Shown: positions 38,520-42,314 of the stretch, one piece after another
How the letters are laid out: every line of letters begins with the position of its first letter
Position numbering within the stretch: the stretch's first letter is position 1
Translations under genes and position numbers: made by a program
The notes under the pieces: generated by a model
Told to the model about the DNA's origin: nothing
The model's input: the letters and a program-made list of their open reading frames with translations, nothing else
Database searches by the model: none
Origin: Candidatus Halarchaeoplasma halalkaliphilum
GTDB lineage: Archaea > Thermoplasmatota > Thermoplasmata > Halarchaeoplasmatales > Halarchaeoplasmataceae
Reading direction: 5' to 3'
Assembly (NCBI GenBank): GCA_007133925.1
Contig: SLLU01000038.1
Span: 1-42,314 of the forward strand
Length of the DNA: 42,314 nt

Positions 38520-38785
38520 GGAGGTGAAATAGGGCCCTGTTTCATAATCTTTACTGTCAGGAAGGCGGGTATGTGATATATTGAAAACCTAAAGTTACCG
38601 ATACGGATGGGATCCAAGAGATACAGCACCAGTATGATCAGTACTATGATAAGGAATATCATCAATATCAACCGTATCATCTCCACGGCTGTATCACCCA
38701 ATTTATTGGCTCCAACCAGGTAGGCCACACCACCAAACAACAGCAGAAAGATTATGGTCCAACACATGTAATCCACTAATTGCAT
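38516..38785 (-). CDS. Possible small membrane protein (89 aa)
   Basis: Two strongly hydrophobic helices. The stop overlaps the ugd start by 4 nt (coupled). No family recognised. Confidence 0.4.
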   Translation of the reverse strand: MQLVDYMCWTIIFLLLFGGVAYLVGANKLGDTAVEMIRLILMIFLIIVLIILVLYLLDPIRIGNFRFSIYHIPAFLTVKIMKQGPISPP

Positions 38786-38827
38786 CCCTTAGGAAGAGGC
38801 GCGGAGGGTAAATAATCTTTCTGTGGT

Positions 38828-41731
38828 CTAGGCTGCGATCTCACCGGATCTCATGCCACCCCATAGGGAAGATGGATATCTGCCGTTCTCCCGGTGCATG
38901 GTCTCGAGCATCTCCGTTATACCAGGCAGTTGAGAGAGGTTCCCGTTCCACCCCTCTATCTCATCCCCGTACCTTTCTTCTATGTCCGCCACCAATCGTG
39001 CCATGCTCTCGTCGAGTTTGGAGGGAACCCATCCGGAAACAAAGACCGCAAGGACCACGTTCTCTCCCTTTTGAATGAATACCTTTTTGTCACCGTATTC
39101 CATACTCTTCAGCGTGTTCTTTTCGTCGCCCCCGAAGGCATCGTGGACGTAATTGTTCACCGCCACGAACATGCCGGCCAGTATATCTTCCTTGGAATAG
39201 TTGTTCAACGTACTGGAAGTGTGCTTGATCAATACGCCCGAGTCGTGTATCAGAAAAATGTCTTCCACGGTGAATTTGAATTTTGCAGCGTAGAGTATGG
39301 CACCTAATATACCCAGGGGAATCAATATCAATATCCACGGGAACCCGGTTAAACCAACCGTGGGAGCCAGATCGGACTCCACATGGACCGCTATGATGAC
39401 GAAGGTGGAGGTGAGTTCGTCTTCCAAATTCACCCTGACGTGGTGGGTTCCCGGTTCGCTGTGGCTGAAGAACAGCACATTGTCCCTGATATCCACATTT
39501 GGATCAGTCACGGATATCTTCAAAGACCGTTCTCCCAAACCAGATATGTATAGTCCCAGATCCAGGGACCCCTCACCCCGGCGTATGTTTATATCCTGTG
39601 GTATCCCGGATATCCTTTCGGAGAGGGGGCTGATGACGGAAAACAGTACTCTGCTGGAGTACTTGCCGAAAGTGGCAATGAGCGTGACCTCTCCCTCCAC
39701 ACTTCCCACATGGATGCCGTTGAATCGTTGATACTGTCCGTGTATGAGTTCCGAATCCCCTCCGTGAACTTCCCAGTAGGCATTCAGTACGCCTATGAAG
39801 CCGTGGGTGGAATTGAAGGCGGACAGGTATCCCATCTCCTCCCGACCCGTATGGACGAATCCGCCAGTTAGAGAGCTGCTCCCACCCATCTCCTTTGTGA
39901 TCCTCACGGAGTCGATACCAGGAGTGGTAAAGGTCCAGGGTCCGAAGGTCAGGGGGAATTCCTCGTGGGTGGAAACCGCATACCAACCATACTCTTTACC
40001 AGGGTTCAGATCGTTCCAGTCCATGAAGGCAACCTCTCCACGGGCCACATCTCTTACGGAGCCTATGAGAGAATCATCACGGGCATCGTAAAACCTCACC
40101 TCTGCGGTTTCGACCTCCGTGCAGTAGAAATATACCGAAAGGGTGGTGTCCAAACGGGCTGTGTGTCCCCTTGCAGGATGGATCCCCTTGGACCGAGAAA
40201 TCATCTCACCGAGGACCTCATTTAGATCGAAGGTGACCTCCTGTTTTGCCCCGTGTGCCCTGACGAAATTATGGAAGAACCTCGCGTACCCGATGCCTGT
40301 GGTGAATGTGAGGTTTACAGGATTTGCCCCGGGATACTTACCGTTGTACCGTAGGGTCAATGTGTAGTTTATATCCCCGTGAAAGTCGAAAGACGAGTCA
40401 ACCCTGTTGGGTGGTCCCGGTATCCTCTCGACTAGTACCTCGCTCACCGCCACTCCGTTCTCCTGTATAACCCCCTCGACCGTATTACCCTTTCTCCCAG
40501 CAACTGAGATGGAAAACGTGACCTCATTGCCGGGTTCCCATTCCCTGCCCGTGAAGGCACACATGTGACCGTTCCAATCTCCCACCATGACCCTGCCCCG
40601 TTCATCTATGGCTGGAGAGGAGTAAACCGTGTGACCCATATCATGGGACCATTGCAGGTCACCGTTGACGTCAAGGGCGTAGAAATAATTGTCGTAGGAA
40701 CCGAAGTATACACGACCGTCATTGCTCAATGCCGCGGACGAGCTGATCCGCCCTTCGGTGGAGAATGCCCATAGTACCTCGCCATCCCTTATTGCACGGA
40801 AGGTCCCGTCATGGGAACCTATATAGATGGTACCGTCCTTCCCTATAGCAGGAGACGGGTGTATACGGGACCCCACATGGCAGCTCCATTCCACATCACC
40901 ATCGGGGCGGAGAGCATAAAGATAGCCGTCGTAGGAACCGAAGTAAATGAATCCGTTCTCACATACCGCTGGAGAAGAGTATATCTGACCCCCGGTTTCG
41001 AACCTCCACAGTTCCTCACCGGTATCAACGTCCATGGCGTACAGATTGTGATCTCCGGAACCCACGTAAACCGCACCGTCCGATCCTAACGCAGGGGAGG
41101 ACCAGAGCCAGGAATCCGAAGTGAATACCCACCTCAGTTCCCCTTCACTATCCACTGAATAAAGGTTGCCATCGTAAGACCCCACATAGACGTTCCCTTC
41201 CTCGTCCACAGTGGGTGAAGAGTACACCTCTCCCTCGGTGGTGTACCTCCACTTCAAGCTTCCGTCCGGATTGAGTGCGTAGATATTGTGATCCCCCGAG
41301 CCAAAATAGATGGTCTCTTCACACGAAACCGCAGGGGAGGAAAGGATGTCACCATCCGTGGCGTAGGACCACAGTAGGGTGCCTTCAACAACATCCAATG
41401 CATAGAGATTGTTATCGGGACTTCCAAAGTAGAGCACCCCTTTGGAACCAATGGCAGGTGACGACCAGAGCCAGGAGTCTGTCTCGTAAATCCAGTCGAG
41501 AGTACCGTCAACATGGTCTGAATCATAGGGACTTAAACGTGTGTTCCTCATATCATATCCGAAAGACGGCCATGGTCCGGAAGAAAGGCTATCTATCTCT
41601 TCAACACAAACCGTGATAGGAGTTGGAACCGAAGCTAAAACAGAGCCGAATAGTGGTGCGAGTAGGATGGTTCCCACAGTGAGGAACACCAGATATACTC
41701 CCCTTCTTTGATGCATCGCACTAATAATCAT
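38828..41731 (-). CDS. Surface protein: signal/anchor, PQQ-like beta-propeller, beta-rich middle region, TM helix, conserved roughly 150-aa cytoplasmic module
   Basis: Repeated blade pattern (..G.IYFGS.D..LYAL..DG...W.. / SSPA). The TM helix is FPWILILIPLGILGAILYAA. It is followed by KFKFTVEDIFLIHDSGVLIKH..., which is roughly 60 percent identical (by-eye alignment) to the next gene's C-terminus. Confidence 0.8.
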   Translation of the reverse strand: MIISAMHQRRGVYLVFLTVGTILLAPLFGSVLASVPTPITVCVEEIDSLSSGPWPSFGYDMRNTRLSPYDSDHVDGTLDWIYETDSWLWSSPAIGSKGVLYFGSPDNNLYALDVVEGTLLWSYATDGDILSSPAVSCEETIYFGSGDHNIYALNPDGSLKWRYTTEGEVYSSPTVDEEGNVYVGSYDGNLYSVDSEGELRWVFTSDSWLWSSPALGSDGAVYVGSGDHNLYAMDVDTGEELWRFETGGQIYSSPAVCENGFIYFGSYDGYLYALRPDGDVEWSCHVGSRIHPSPAIGKDGTIYIGSHDGTFRAIRDGEVLWAFSTEGRISSSAALSNDGRVYFGSYDNYFYALDVNGDLQWSHDMGHTVYSSPAIDERGRVMVGDWNGHMCAFTGREWEPGNEVTFSISVAGRKGNTVEGVIQENGVAVSEVLVERIPGPPNRVDSSFDFHGDINYTLTLRYNGKYPGANPVNLTFTTGIGYARFFHNFVRAHGAKQEVTFDLNEVLGEMISRSKGIHPARGHTARLDTTLSVYFYCTEVETAEVRFYDARDDSLIGSVRDVARGEVAFMDWNDLNPGKEYGWYAVSTHEEFPLTFGPWTFTTPGIDSVRITKEMGGSSSLTGGFVHTGREEMGYLSAFNSTHGFIGVLNAYWEVHGGDSELIHGQYQRFNGIHVGSVEGEVTLIATFGKYSSRVLFSVISPLSERISGIPQDINIRRGEGSLDLGLYISGLGERSLKISVTDPNVDIRDNVLFFSHSEPGTHHVRVNLEDELTSTFVIIAVHVESDLAPTVGLTGFPWILILIPLGILGAILYAAKFKFTVEDIFLIHDSGVLIKHTSSTLNNYSKEDILAGMFVAVNNYVHDAFGGDEKNTLKSMEYGDKKVFIQKGENVVLAVFVSGWVPSKLDESMARLVADIEERYGDEIEGWNGNLSQLPGITEMLETMHRENGRYPSSLWGGMRSGEIAA

Positions 41732-41780
41732 CGGTTCCGCTGTACTAAGGGTTTTCGGTCATTTAGCAAAAAAGGAGGTA

Positions 41781-42314
41781 TTATTTTAGATCATCCATCA
41801 AACCTTTTTTCTTTCTCCAATCGCCCCGTTCGTAAACACCCCGGGTGTGGAACATGGAATTCAACATAGCATCCATATCCGGGAGGTTCCTCAGGTCCCC
41901 GCTCCATTCCTCTATGGCCCCCTTGTACTTCTCTTCTATATCCACCACAAGATTCGACATGCTATCATAGAGTTTCGGAGGGACCGCCCCGGAAAGGAAG
42001 ACCGCCAGTATAACATGGTGGCCTTTGTGTACCACCACGATGTGTTCCCCGTACTCCATGCGCTTAAGGGTTTCCTTCTCCTCTCCTCCGAAGGCGTCTT
42101 CCACGAAGTTGCTCACCGCCAGGAACATACCGGCCAGTATGTCCTCGTCTCTTTCGGCCTTCAGCGTACGGGTGTTGTGCTTTATCAATACCCCGGAGTC
42201 ATGTATCAAAAATATATCTTCCACGGTGAACTCGTGCCTTTTCATGTAATAGTACAGCCAGAGTAGGGCCATCATGATGGGGGTTAGAAGGAGTATGAGA
42301 AGGAAGGGAGAACG
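41781..42314 (-). CDS. Partial gene (5' end outside the window): TM helix plus a paralogous roughly 150-aa cytoplasmic module
   Basis: The frame stays open from 42275 to the window edge (RSPFLLILLLTPIMMALLWLYYYM, a TM helix). The same TM-then-(K/E)FTVEDIFLIHDSGVLIKH junction appears in 38828..41731, so the listed ATG at 42275 is probably internal. Confidence 0.7.
   Translation of the reverse strand, partial: RSPFLLILLLTPIMMALLWLYYYMKRHEFTVEDIFLIHDSGVLIKHNTRTLKAERDEDILAGMFLAVSNFVEDAFGGEEKETLKRMEYGEHIVVVHKGHHVILAVFLSGAVPPKLYDSMSNLVVDIEEKYKGAIEEWSGDLRNLPDMDAMLNSMFHTRGVYERGDWRKKKGLMDDLK

Overview
This window is an archaeal chromosomal segment. My tentative read is a Thermoplasmata-like euryarchaeon, based on family-B DNA polymerase, RadB, membrane-anchored LonB, Lhr helicase, RFC large subunit, Taw1 and a stand-alone 16S rRNA gene with archaeal 5' and 3' termini. 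It holds about 30 supportable protein genes, one tRNA-Arg(GCG) and one 16S rRNA, and most of it is housekeeping: replication and repair, translation and tRNA modification, proteolysis and envelope functions. I saw no CRISPR array, transposase, integrase or recognisable defence gene. From 25189 to the right edge, everything I annotate lies on the minus strand, with the 16S gene embedded in that run. Four regions stand out. (1) A tightly packed minus-strand cluster runs gdh, then a receiver-fused PPDK_N-type ATP-grasp protein, then a sensor/PPDK_N-type/nucleotidyltransferase fusion (25189..32612). A tandem Lrp-like regulator sits upstream, and a second, different-class gdh lies 1.2 kb past its downstream end. 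Both large proteins lack the PEP-utilizer TIM barrel and the canonical phosphohistidine motif, so they are not ordinary PEP synthases. This is the best candidate for an undescribed regulatory or enzymatic system. (2) Two tandem paralogous surface proteins at 38828..42314 end in the same roughly 150-aa cytoplasmic module after a TM helix. The complete one carries an extracellular PQQ-like beta-propeller; the second is truncated by the window edge. (3) An 858-aa acidic coiled-coil protein has a 2xHhH plus Zn-ribbon plus TPR head and 11-aa tandem repeats. (4) The 16S rRNA is orphaned, with its own processing stem and oligo-T stop. All functional calls come from motif recognition by eye; no database search was possible.
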